Counted from the first letter of the stretch, positions 19,409 to 31,129 are shown. The stretch: DNA of 64,000 bases from an uncultured candidate division Zixibacteria bacterium (GCA_903908285.1 CAIVRH010000023.1:25052-89051), one strand, 5' to 3'. Program-made: numbers and translations. Notes: generated from the letters alone by a model not told the origin.

Positions 19409-20779
19409 TTATTCTTGACGATTTTCTTCCTTCTTAGTCATCGCCACGGTCGATCGAAAAACAGTCGACACCAACGGATGTTTATATGCATCCGATCCCA
19501 AAAGTCCAATATAGTAAGTGGCTAAAAACCAGGTCCAGAGCCGGAGACCGGGAGGCAGCGAATTTACGATCTCCAGATACTTCTCATCGAATTCCTCGGG
19601 CGGAGGTAAATAAATGGACAGTCCTTTTGGAAGATAGGGATTGTCGGGCACTTCGCTTGCCACCAACAATCCGGATCGGTCGAAGAAATCCAACCATGCC
19701 TGCGCTGATTTTTTCACCTCTGCCGGGAACGTTCCCTCCCGAAGTCCGCCAGCGAAAAGCTTCAAGTCTATAAAACCTTCCTTAAAGGAATAGGTACCTT
19801 CAATGCAGGTTTTGATTCTCTCCACACCATCTGAGGCGACGTAAGCGGCCAATACTCTGGCTAAATTCTCCGTCAGATTGATAAAATCCGGGAACCGGTT
19901 GCAATCAAATGCCACTTGCGTAATAAGAAGATCGGTATCGGATTCGGAAGAATTTCCGTAGGATCTCTTCGTTTCTCTTACCAACTGCTCCGCAAGCTGG
20001 ACTGAGTCTTGACCGGGACTGCTTTTTAGTTTTTGCAGTATTTTATCATAAGGATAACCGGTGCCGGGTTCCTGGTTCTCTGATGCTATAAGTATTTTTG
20101 TGAAATCATACCAGGAAGAAAGTGCCTCCAGATTGCCCATGTTGCAAGCATCCAAAGCCATAATATCGAACTTAGACCACTTGTATTTATCTTCCGGATT
20201 CAAGCGCTTCTTAAGCTCCGGCAGCGACTGTTTAACCAGATCCGCAAGTTGATGGCAATAGAGGGCGGGATCGCCGGGCGGCATTGAAATGGCATTACGC
20301 TTAAGGTATTGTCTCCAGGTGAAATCATCTTGAAGAACCCCCTTCCAGCCAAAGCCATGACCGGATAATATCAAAAGTCTCCTTTCTGCCGGGAAAAGGA
20401 CGGTATGGTCGAGGATAATCTCTTTTAAAACCCTTTGGTCGATACTCCACAAATCCGTAAATCGAGCGATAAAATCGTCTTCCAGCTCAGTATCTTGGTT
20501 TAACCGGGCAAAAAAGGAATCGGTTAATAGAGGACCATCGAAGAGGACACAGATGTTAACATCCGGGTTAGAGCCGATCGCCTTCATCTCCATCAGGTCA
20601 TCAAACAAATATTCAGCTAAATTGCAGTCCGCTGCCATATAAACCAGAATAGTCCATTTAGCCACATGGTTGATTGAGTCTAAGTTGGTTTTTGATATTT
20701 GAAAGGTAAAATCCTCGGGAGACAATCGTACGGTCTGGGGCAATCCTCCCCGATAAGGATTCCCGCTTTTAAATAACAT
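19409..20779 (-). CDS. clostripain-like (peptidase C11, clan CD caspase-fold) cysteine protease, cytoplasmic
   Basis: WTILVYMAADCNLAEY (C11 N-terminal block), ILSGHGFGWKG (catalytic His-Gly) and IMALDACNMG (catalytic Cys, DAClM motif). No signal peptide. ~200-aa C-terminal extension of unknown function. Confidence 0.6.
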   Translation of the reverse strand: MLFKSGNPYRGGLPQTVRLSPEDFTFQISKTNLDSINHVAKWTILVYMAADCNLAEYLFDDLMEMKAIGSNPDVNICVLFDGPLLTDSFFARLNQDTELEDDFIARFTDLWSIDQRVLKEIILDHTVLFPAERRLLILSGHGFGWKGVLQDDFTWRQYLKRNAISMPPGDPALYCHQLADLVKQSLPELKKRLNPEDKYKWSKFDIMALDACNMGNLEALSSWYDFTKILIASENQEPGTGYPYDKILQKLKSSPGQDSVQLAEQLVRETKRSYGNSSESDTDLLITQVAFDCNRFPDFINLTENLARVLAAYVASDGVERIKTCIEGTYSFKEGFIDLKLFAGGLREGTFPAEVKKSAQAWLDFFDRSGLLVASEVPDNPYLPKGLSIYLPPPEEFDEKYLEIVNSLPPGLRLWTWFLATYYIGLLGSDAYKHPLVSTVFRSTVAMTKKEENRQE

Positions 20780-20939
20780 TGCCTCCTCCTTTTATGCTTT
20801 TTACGAGTAATTCCCATTAAGAGGGTTTAGGGAGTAGAGTGTACCCGGGGTCAAGTTATCGGATGAATGATTGCCCGTATTTCTCAGATCATTTCTCTCT
20901 ATATCACCAGATGCTTTGAATCCCCATCCCTTCAAACCC

Positions 20940-21752
20940 TCACCAAGAATCCAGGTCGATCAATTCATTCTGTGCCAGCAGAACCTCCTGCCGCGGTTTT
21001 TCCCCACCGGCTCCTTTCATTACCAGGTTATCTGAGTCCATCTTCAGCCGAAAATGTGCTTTTCCCTGAACATCCTCCTCCACCCAAAAAGAAGCTGCCT
21101 TGAAGCCGAATTTCAAGAACTTGTTCCCTTGATAAGATACTTTTGCAGTTTCGTCCTTGGAGACTTTTATCCCTCCCGTTCCCCCAAACAGGCTCTGGAT
21201 TCCCTTAACGTCGAGGTCCAGCACCTGCTGGCTGGAATTGTAAGCGATCACTCCGAACGAGTTGGATTTGATGGTTTCGGTTATGATATGCGCCTCGCCT
21301 TCCTCATTGATGCATTCCATCAGAAGGGTGTTTGTTTTGGGCTTGGCGGAGGACAGGTAATCGTCGATGGCCGTGATGAAGACCGAATCGGAGAGTACGT
21401 TCTCAAACACGATCTCGATCTGAACCGCCTTTTCGTAGCCGGCATTCAGTTTTCCGGAAGCCGCACCCATAGCGGAGAGATATTTATTCATCAGATCCAT
21501 GCCCAAGCGTGAATCCAGCTTGCTGGTCCTTTTACTGGTAATTTTGCCGGCGGTCTGATCATATTTGATTGGAGGAACGGATGCGGATTCTTCCACAAAA
21601 TGGGATAAGGGTCCCAATATCTCTAATTTCTTCTTCTTTCCTCCGATGATCAACAGCGGCTCGACATTCTCCCTGGGAAGACTTATTACATTGTAACCCA
21701 AGTGATTCAGATAGGTGAGCGAATCGTCTTTGCAAAACATGATTTCCTCCAT
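20940..21752 (-). CDS. candidate bacterial gasdermin (bGSDM)-like pore-forming protein
   Basis: ~266-270 aa. From the second Met (21740) the protein starts MFC with Cys at position 3. LNHLGYNVISLPRENVEPLLIIGGKKKK resembles the gasdermin N-terminal L..G..IPV.SL....F.P..LVVRK motif. Beta-rich composition. Sits immediately upstream of a caspase-fold protease. Arg 16 residues from the C-terminus (EKPR|QEVLLAQNELIDLDSW). Confidence 0.5.
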   Translation of the reverse strand: MEEIMFCKDDSLTYLNHLGYNVISLPRENVEPLLIIGGKKKKLEILGPLSHFVEESASVPPIKYDQTAGKITSKRTSKLDSRLGMDLMNKYLSAMGAASGKLNAGYEKAVQIEIVFENVLSDSVFITAIDDYLSSAKPKTNTLLMECINEEGEAHIITETIKSNSFGVIAYNSSQQVLDLDVKGIQSLFGGTGGIKVSKDETAKVSYQGNKFLKFGFKAASFWVEEDVQGKAHFRLKMDSDNLVMKGAGGEKPRQEVLLAQNELIDLDSW

Positions 21753-21784
21753 GCTTATATTTATCTGTTACCGATACCTTAAGT

Positions 21785-22108
21785 TTAGATTAATGCCAGC
21801 AGCCTATCAATTATGAGCTTGGTAATTCCATTGGCGAGGCTTTGTGCTCGTGCCCTGGCCTCGACTTTCATTTTAAGCGTTTGCATCACCGAAAGATCTC
21901 GGATATCGCCGACATATCCTTCAAATTGTTCCTTGGTTATCAGACCCATAGCCAGCTGGTTTAGGTATATCTCCAATTTTTCCCCCTGTCTTTGGATGAA
22001 CTCCTCCGAATCCGCTTTGGCATCACTGACCAAGTTCTTGAGTTCATCCTTTGCCAGTTTGCCGCTGTCATCTTTCAATCGGTCCAGCCAATCCTCCCAT
22101 GCACTCAT
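21785..22108 (-). CDS. small helical hypothetical protein (107 aa) in the gasdermin-like operon
   Basis: Coding-like acidic/helical sequence. 32 nt upstream of the gasdermin-like gene and 12 nt downstream of the lipoprotein gene. Confidence 0.4.
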   Translation of the reverse strand: MSAWEDWLDRLKDDSGKLAKDELKNLVSDAKADSEEFIQRQGEKLEIYLNQLAMGLITKEQFEGYVGDIRDLSVMQTLKMKVEARARAQSLANGITKLIIDRLLALI

Positions 22109-22120
22109 ACTTGTTCCCTC

Positions 22121-22585
22121 CTATTCATTCTTGTTTTTAATTCTCTCGGTCTGAATGGCGATGTCGAATGCTTCCGTCAGGTTTTGCTTCTGGTTACTCA
22201 AATGGGTTGCGCTCCATTTTCCATTTTTCATCCGGTCATCCACATGTTTTTCAAACAGATTCCGGAGGATCTTGATCTGCTCAGAAGTTTCCGCATTCTT
22301 CTGGCCCTTTCCATATTCATATTCGTACATCTGGGCGAGTTTAAGACGAAGACCGGCAATCTGGCTGGAATTCAAGGAATCGGTTGCAAAACTGTCATAC
22401 AGAGCCAGGATTTCGGGTTTCAGGTCGGTTAAGTTTTTATAGGTGACCGGATCATAGTAGGTGACGAATCCTAACTGGTGAGCGCAGCCACATAGACTCA
22501 GCCAGAAAAGCAAAATAGCCGCCACTTCCAGCTTCCGTCGAAAGACCTGCTCTACGGCATGAGTCCTAACGAAAGGGATCCCCAT
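22121..22585 (-). CDS. putative lipoprotein (154 aa), first gene of the operon
   Basis: Signal peptide with Cys (LLFWLSLCGC). A promoter-like TTGACA-17-TATGGT lies on the minus strand at ~22700-22735. Confidence 0.45.
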   Translation of the reverse strand: MGIPFVRTHAVEQVFRRKLEVAAILLFWLSLCGCAHQLGFVTYYDPVTYKNLTDLKPEILALYDSFATDSLNSSQIAGLRLKLAQMYEYEYGKGQKNAETSEQIKILRNLFEKHVDDRMKNGKWSATHLSNQKQNLTEAFDIAIQTERIKNKNE

Positions 22586-22744
22586 GGTTATCCTCCTATG
22601 AGAAAAATGGTATGATTACCCTTGCCAGGGCTTAGGCAAAAAGGTAGCCCTTGAATCAAAATAAGATCAACAGATTTTACCATAAAAAATTTACCGAAGA
22701 TTGTCAAGTCAAATCGAATGGCACTTGAAAAAATCAACTTGGTT

Positions 22745-24502
22745 TCACTGCGTTCCAAACAACTCCAACATCTCTTCCTCGGTGAAAATTTCCTTCTTGA
22801 TTCTGATTCCTTTTTCCCGCAGCTTCTTCACCAGCTCTACCACTTGGGGTAAATCAAGTCCAACCGATTTTATCGTTTCCGTATCTTTAAAGAATGCTTC
22901 CTTATCGCAAAAAGAAACTACTTTTCCTTCATTCAACAGGAGAATCTTATGCACCAACTCTGCGATCAAATCCATGTTATGCGAGATAATGATTATAGTC
23001 ACTCCATTTGAGTTTAATTCCTGCAGAAGTTTTTTCATCTCCATAGTGCTTTTCGGATCCAAACCGCAAGTCGGTTCATCCAGAATCAAAATCTCGGGAT
23101 TGGAAGCCAATATTCCGGCAATGGCCACCTTTCTCTGCTCTCCGCCGCTTAGGGAAAAAGGGGAGCGGGAAGCGAATAGATCAAAATCCAACCCCACTTG
23201 CTTTATGGCTTGTTTTACCCGATCATCTATCTCTTCTTTAACCAGTCCAAAATTCCTCGGACCAAAAGCGATGTCGTCATATATCGTATCCTCGAACAAT
23301 TGCATTTCCGGAAATTGAAATACCAAACCCACTTTCTGCCTTATATTTTTCATGTCAACGCTTTTGTCTTTTAAATTCTCCCCGTCCACCCGCACTTCTC
23401 CGGATGCGGGAACCAGCAACCCGTTTAGGTGTTGTGCCAGAGTACTTTTTCCCGATCCGGTCGGCCCGATCAATCCGATGAATTCTCCACGGTTTATTTC
23501 CAGGGTAATTCCGTCCAATGCCTTCTTCTTGGTTGGCAGGCCTTGATCGTAAAAGTAATCCGCCCCCTTAATAGAAATCAAAGGGTGAGAAGGGGCTGTG
23601 GACTGTGGACTATGGACTGTGGACATGTTTTGCTCGTCCGCTGTAAATTCAACCAGAGTCTTTTCACCGGTTGTGACACTCTGAGCGATCCCGCTTACTA
23701 ATTCATCCTGGTTTAAGCATTCATCGGACAAGAACCATCCCTTTTGTTTCAAAGCAGAGGCTATTCTCATGGTGAACGGCACTTCCAGTCCGATCTTCTC
23801 CAAAGACTCCTTCTGTTTGAATATCCGAACAGGCGAGCCATCCAACGTTATTTTCCCCCTTTCCATTACCAAAATCCGGTCTGCTGCCGCGGCCTCTTCC
23901 GGAAACTGGGTAATATGAATCACCGTCACATTTCCTTTGCGGGAGAGTTCTTGAATCAAATGCAGGATTTCCCTCCTCCCTTTCGGATCCAAAAGCGAGG
24001 TGGGTTCATCCAAGATCAAGTACTTAGGATACATGCATAAAACCGCAGCCAATGCCACCCTTTGTTTTTCTCCACCGGATAGCTTATGCGGCGGGTGATT
24101 TCTATATTTGCCCAGGTGGAAATATTCCAGTGCCCACTCCACTCTTTTCTTCATTTCTGCATAAGGTAATGCCAGATTCTCCAAGCCAAAGGCGATCTCT
24201 CTTTCCACCGACGTGGAAATTATCTGATTATCCGGATTTTGAAAGACCATACCCACTTTCTGGCGAATTAACTTTTGGGAATTTTTATCTTTGGTATCCA
24301 GATCATCGATCGTAATTTGTCCGCTTTCCGGCAGGATCAGTGCGGGAAGGAGCCGGGCCAAAGTGGTTTTGCCGGACCCGTTCGCTCCGATGATAGCGAC
24401 GAACTCACCTTCTTCAAGCTGCAGGCTGGTATGATCCAAAGCCAGGACAGATGATTTCTCATCCAGCTTGTATTTATATGAAACCTGGTTAAGCTCAATC
24501 AT
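22745..24502 (-). CDS. ABC transporter ATP-binding protein with two fused ATPase domains (ECF/CbiO-like)
   Basis: Two complete Walker A (GANGSGKTT / GPTGSGKST), LSGGE signature and Walker B sets in 585 aa. Confidence 0.85.
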   Translation of the reverse strand: MIELNQVSYKYKLDEKSSVLALDHTSLQLEEGEFVAIIGANGSGKTTLARLLPALILPESGQITIDDLDTKDKNSQKLIRQKVGMVFQNPDNQIISTSVEREIAFGLENLALPYAEMKKRVEWALEYFHLGKYRNHPPHKLSGGEKQRVALAAVLCMYPKYLILDEPTSLLDPKGRREILHLIQELSRKGNVTVIHITQFPEEAAAADRILVMERGKITLDGSPVRIFKQKESLEKIGLEVPFTMRIASALKQKGWFLSDECLNQDELVSGIAQSVTTGEKTLVEFTADEQNMSTVHSPQSTAPSHPLISIKGADYFYDQGLPTKKKALDGITLEINRGEFIGLIGPTGSGKSTLAQHLNGLLVPASGEVRVDGENLKDKSVDMKNIRQKVGLVFQFPEMQLFEDTIYDDIAFGPRNFGLVKEEIDDRVKQAIKQVGLDFDLFASRSPFSLSGGEQRKVAIAGILASNPEILILDEPTCGLDPKSTMEMKKLLQELNSNGVTIIIISHNMDLIAELVHKILLLNEGKVVSFCDKEAFFKDTETIKSVGLDLPQVVELVKKLREKGIRIKKEIFTEEEMLELFGTQ

Positions 24503-24649
24503 AATTACAATATATGAATTTGCAGTTTGAAATTCAAAGTTTAAAAATTGCTAATTTCGAACATCGGGGAAAGGCAGAATTCTTAATATCCCTCGTCATA
24601 GAAAATCAGCACTTATTTAAACCGGGCGGGGGAAAACCAAAATAACAAT

Positions 24650-24680
24650 TGACATCCGGGTTTGGAACTTTTATATAAGA
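24650..24680 (+). promoter_or_regulatory. sigma70-type promoter TTGACA-17-TATATA, ~200 nt upstream of 24877
   Basis: TTGACAtccgggtttggaactttTATATAag read directly. A long, potentially structured leader follows. Confidence 0.45.
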
Positions 24681-24876
24681 ATAGATGGTGAGGGTGGAAT
24701 CTATCTTGAATTACCGGAATCCGAGCAGGGTAGATAATCCAAAGCGCACCCGGAAGGAAACCGGCCTTTTGCAGTTTTATAAAAATTCGTACGATTACGT
24801 ATATCTATAGTTATTGAGTTTTTGATTTCGATTTTAAATCTGTACTAAGAAACTCTATCCTCATAACTTATAAAGC

Positions 24877-25437
24877 ATGGGCACGCAAAGAAAATATCCA
24901 TTACGCAATAAAATAGTGGTAGTCCCTATGGGGGACATCGAATATTCTTTTGTCAACAAGCTGGCTTCGCAATTGGTGTCATTCTTTAATATAGGAGTGG
25001 ATATTCTACAAGGGGCGAAGATTCCTCCGGAAGCATTCAACCAGCAGAGGGGGCAGTACTATTCTACCGTGATCTTAAGCAAGCTGGAGCTGATGAAGTC
25101 TTTATCGGAGGAGAAAATGTTAGGCCTGGTGGATGAGGATTTATATGTGCCCACGAAAAACTATGTGATCGGGGAGGCAGATGCGGCGGGCAAATGCGCG
25201 GTGGTGTCTTTGTTCCGTTTAAAGCGCGAAAATTATGAAATGCTGGATGAGGAAAAAATACTGTATGCCCGGACGCTCAAGGAATCGGTCCGCCTTTTGG
25301 GGCATCTTTTGGGTTTTGAAAACTGCCGCAATGCCAAATGCGTTATGTACCTTACCGACAACGTGACCGAGGTGGACCAAAAAGGAACCAAGTTCTGCGA
25401 TAACTGCTTGAGGAAAGTCAAAGTCTGGCACGGGTAG
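24877..25437 (+). CDS. archaemetzincin-like protein (AmzA family) with a degenerate HEXXH
   Basis: GHLLGFENCRNAKCVMY...(16 aa)...CDNC matches H-x-x-G-x3-C-x4-C-x-M-x17-C-x-x-C, but the expected HE is RL (RLLGH). Confidence 0.5.
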   Translation: MGTQRKYPLRNKIVVVPMGDIEYSFVNKLASQLVSFFNIGVDILQGAKIPPEAFNQQRGQYYSTVILSKLELMKSLSEEKMLGLVDEDLYVPTKNYVIGEADAAGKCAVVSLFRLKRENYEMLDEEKILYARTLKESVRLLGHLLGFENCRNAKCVMYLTDNVTEVDQKGTKFCDNCLRKVKVWHG

Positions 25438-25673
25438 CTTCGAAGATTTACTGTAAATGTAAATTACAGATTGCTAGTTCGTCATTCATTCTTAGTTTGT
25501 ATTCCCCCATTTCCAATCCTGCGTTCAAATTAGGTCCAAGATTGTTCATATTGTCGAATTCCTCAATCATACCGCAGACCATGTCTGTTATTTCATTCTC
25601 TTGCTATTTAGGGAGATTCTGAAATTTTTTTGACGCTCTACGGATAAACACCAGGCGATTTGTTCCGAAGATT

Positions 25674-25702
25674 GACATTGTAGAGCATTGTAGTTATATT
25701 AG
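25674..25702 (+). promoter_or_regulatory. sigma70-type promoter TTGACA-17-TATATT upstream of pgm
   Basis: TTGACAttgtagagcattgtagtTATATTagg, ~50 nt before the ATG at 25752. Confidence 0.5.
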
Positions 25703-25751
25703 GTATGATTAACATGTTGATGCGTTTCGCTTAAACCTCAAAGGAATTGAG

Positions 25752-27095
25752 ATGATTAAAATAGATGAAAGCATTTTCAAAGCTTATGATATACGAGGAA
25801 CTTATCCGGACCAGTTAGACGAGGAGGTCGCCTACAAAATAGGAAGAGCGCTGGTGGAGTATCTAAAACCAACCAAAATAGCGGTGGGACGGGATATGAG
25901 ACTCTCTTCACCCGATCTGTGTGAAGCACTTATTTCGGGTATTGTTGAAAGCGAAGCGGAGGTGGTCGACATAGGTTTGGTTTCCACCGACTGTTTGTAT
26001 TTTGCTGTGGGCAAGTACGGTTACGATGCGGGGGTGATGATCACCGCTTCACACAATCCACCGCAATATAACGGGTTCAAACTATGCAAAAAGGAAGCGG
26101 TTCCTTTGAGCGGTGAATCGGGAATAGACCAGATAAAAAACCTGGTGGTGGAGAATAAATTTTCTGTTCCCCTGAAAATAGGGAGGATAGAAAGAATAGA
26201 TTTGGATGATGCATTCGTAAATCATCTTCTCTCCTTCGTGGACCAAAGGAAAATCAAGCCCTTCAAGATCGTCATGGATGCGGGCAACGGCATGGCGGGT
26301 AAGATCATACCCAAACTTTTCTCGAATTTATCCTGCCGGGTGGTACCGATGTTTTTCGAATTAGACGGATCGTTTCCCAATCACTTAGCCAGCCCGATCG
26401 AGCCGCAGAATATCGCTCCTTTGAGGGAAAGAGTGCTCAAAGAGAATGCGGATTTAGGCGCTGCCTTTGATGGGGATGCGGATCGAGTATTTTTGGTGGA
26501 CGAGAAAGCCAATCCCCTGGGGGGGGATATGGTGACAGCCCTGGTGGCGAAAAATCTTCTGAAAAAAGAAAAAGGGGCGACCATTCTCTACAATTTAATC
26601 TGCTCCAAAGCCGTTCCGGAAGTGATAGAAAGAGAGGGAGGAAAGCCGATTCGCACCCGGGTGGGGCATGCGCTGATAAAACCTTTGATGAAAGAATACA
26701 ACGCGGTCTTCGGGGGAGAGCACTCCGGACACTTTTATTTCCGTAACAACTGGTTTGCCGATTCAGGTTTGATCGCGCTTTTGGTCTGCTTAGAACTTGT
26801 CTCCGAGGAAAATCAGCCTCTTTCAGCTTTGATCAAGTCGATTGATCCGTATTTCCGCTCCGGGGAAATCAACAGCCGGGTGGAAAATATCCCCCGGATG
26901 CTGGAAGAAATAGAAAAGCATTATTCCCAGGGCAAAGTCGATCACTTAGACGGGCTTACTATCGATTTCGGTGATTGGTGGTTTAATATCCGGCCGTCCA
27001 ATACCGAACCTTTGCTGCGCCTCAATATTGAAGCACAAAGCCGGGAGACCTTGGAGCGGAAAAAAGAAGAGCTTTTAAGCCTGATCCGCTCTTAA
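25752..27095 (+). CDS. phosphomannomutase/phosphoglucomutase (alpha-D-phosphohexomutase)
   Basis: Active-site TASHNPPQYNGFK, GDADR metal-binding loop, ~447 aa. Confidence 0.85.
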   Translation: MIKIDESIFKAYDIRGTYPDQLDEEVAYKIGRALVEYLKPTKIAVGRDMRLSSPDLCEALISGIVESEAEVVDIGLVSTDCLYFAVGKYGYDAGVMITASHNPPQYNGFKLCKKEAVPLSGESGIDQIKNLVVENKFSVPLKIGRIERIDLDDAFVNHLLSFVDQRKIKPFKIVMDAGNGMAGKIIPKLFSNLSCRVVPMFFELDGSFPNHLASPIEPQNIAPLRERVLKENADLGAAFDGDADRVFLVDEKANPLGGDMVTALVAKNLLKKEKGATILYNLICSKAVPEVIEREGGKPIRTRVGHALIKPLMKEYNAVFGGEHSGHFYFRNNWFADSGLIALLVCLELVSEENQPLSALIKSIDPYFRSGEINSRVENIPRMLEEIEKHYSQGKVDHLDGLTIDFGDWWFNIRPSNTEPLLRLNIEAQSRETLERKKEELLSLIRS

Positions 27096-27280
27096 ACAAC
27101 TCCATTGCTCAGACCAATCCCATAGTAGTCTTCATATTACAATTCACTCCACTGTTTCAAACCCCAGTCCAAAACCTTGTGTCTTTAATCTCCCCAGTTC
27201 CCAGAAGTAATAAAAACTCAAGGAATTGTAAAATGTTACGATAATATAATTGAATTGGGTATGTTAAAGAGAGGTGGCTT

Positions 27281-28102
27281 ATGCCCACGGATCAAATTGC
27301 AGAGAAAGCAGAGATAAGAACAAAAGGGGCACCAAAGATTCTGGTGGTGGATGACGACGAGCGGATCCGCTCGCTTTTGGTGGATACTCTTTCCACTTTG
27401 GGATACTTTTCTATGGGTGCAAAAAGTGCAGAGGAGGCTTTATCCTTGCTGGCCAAAGAAAAGATAGACTTAGTGGTTACCGATGTGAGAATGCCCAAAT
27501 TGAACGGACTTTCTCTGCTTAAAAATATAAAAAATCAGAATCCGCTTTTGCCAGTTTTGATCATCACCGGTTACGATCATGCTCATACCAAGGATGAGGC
27601 GTTAGAAAACGGGGCGGACGGTTTTCTGGCAAAACCTTTCAGAATCGGGAAGATCGAGGAATTGATACAGAAGTCTTTAGGTATTAAACTCGCCGGGACG
27701 GAGGAGGCACCCTATCGGCTCAAAAAGATTCTGGTGGTAGATGATGATGACGAGCTGCGCAACATGCTCCAGGAGGTCCTGAGCAGTTTGGATTACTTCC
27801 CCATTGGGGTGGAGGATGGGGAACAAGCGCTGAATCAACTGAAGATTCAGGATTTTGATCTGGTGATATCCGATATCCGCATGCCCAAAATGGATGGAAT
27901 GGCACTGCTTAAGAACATCAAGCAAACTACTCCCGAGCTTCCGGTGGTCATAATCACAGGTTTTCCCGCATCCTATCCCACCCAGAAAGCCATGCAGGAG
28001 GGTGCCGATGGCTACCTGGCCAAACCTTTCCGGATCGAGAAAATCGATGAACTGATGCGCGAACTTCTCTCCGGCAAGGGAGAAGCACCCACCGGTGCTT
28101 GA
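27281..28102 (+). CDS. orphan response regulator with two tandem CheY-like receiver domains and no output domain
   Basis: Two near-duplicate REC domains (KILVVDDDERIR...DLVVTDVRMPKLNGLSLLKNIK...LPVLIITGYD, and ILVVDDDDELRN...DLVISDIRMPKMDGMALLKNIK...LPVVIITGFP). Confidence 0.8.
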   Translation: MPTDQIAEKAEIRTKGAPKILVVDDDERIRSLLVDTLSTLGYFSMGAKSAEEALSLLAKEKIDLVVTDVRMPKLNGLSLLKNIKNQNPLLPVLIITGYDHAHTKDEALENGADGFLAKPFRIGKIEELIQKSLGIKLAGTEEAPYRLKKILVVDDDDELRNMLQEVLSSLDYFPIGVEDGEQALNQLKIQDFDLVISDIRMPKMDGMALLKNIKQTTPELPVVIITGFPASYPTQKAMQEGADGYLAKPFRIEKIDELMRELLSGKGEAPTGA

Positions 28103-28415
28103 GAAGCATTATTGTCAAACAGACTCCTCTTCATATAAAGAATTCCTACAAAATCCCAACCGACCGTCTTGGTCTCTCTTGCATTATTAGTTATTCTTCA
28201 TTCTTAACCCATTATCTTCTCCATCCGTTTTTCATCTTGACAGAAGGAAAGAATTAAATTATCCTTTCTTCGGTTCAATCGTAGCAAAACCGGGTATGAT
28301 ATTTTGTGATAACCTTACAAAAGATTAGAGCATATAACAAATTTAGTTGATATATTATCTGCGGTTGTGTAAAATTCGAATTGAATCAGATCCCTTTTAT
28401 GGGGAGTGATTTTAT

Positions 28416-30868
<2,453 letters not shown>

Positions 30869-30899
30869 TAGCAGAGATGTGGGATAATAGCCACTATAT

Positions 30900-31074
30900 C
30901 CACGAGCTAAAGCTCGTGGCAATTTCAAATTCAAAACTCTTTTATATTGCCACGACCTTCAGGTCGTGGAGAGGAAGAATCTCAAAATTTCTTTGGGCTT
31001 TAGCCCATAAAGTTATAAAGAGGTTGAAACCCCTTAAGATATTAGATTCGAAATCCTCGAGCTAAAGCTCGTGG
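30900..31074. repeat. REP/BIME-like array of four palindrome types (left flank of RAYT)
   Basis: CCACGAGCtaaaGCTCGTGG (30900-30919; variant 31055-31074), CCACGACCttcaGGTCGTGG (30950-30969), GGGCtttaGCCC (31003-31014), and the AGGTTGAAACCCC(T) hairpin unit (here with a shortened left arm; perfect AAGGGGTTgaAACCCCTT in the right-flank copies). Confidence 0.8.
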
Positions 31075-31129
31075 TAATTTTCTCAGCAAATTCTAAACTT
31101 TAATCCAAAAACTATTAGAGAATAAATTA

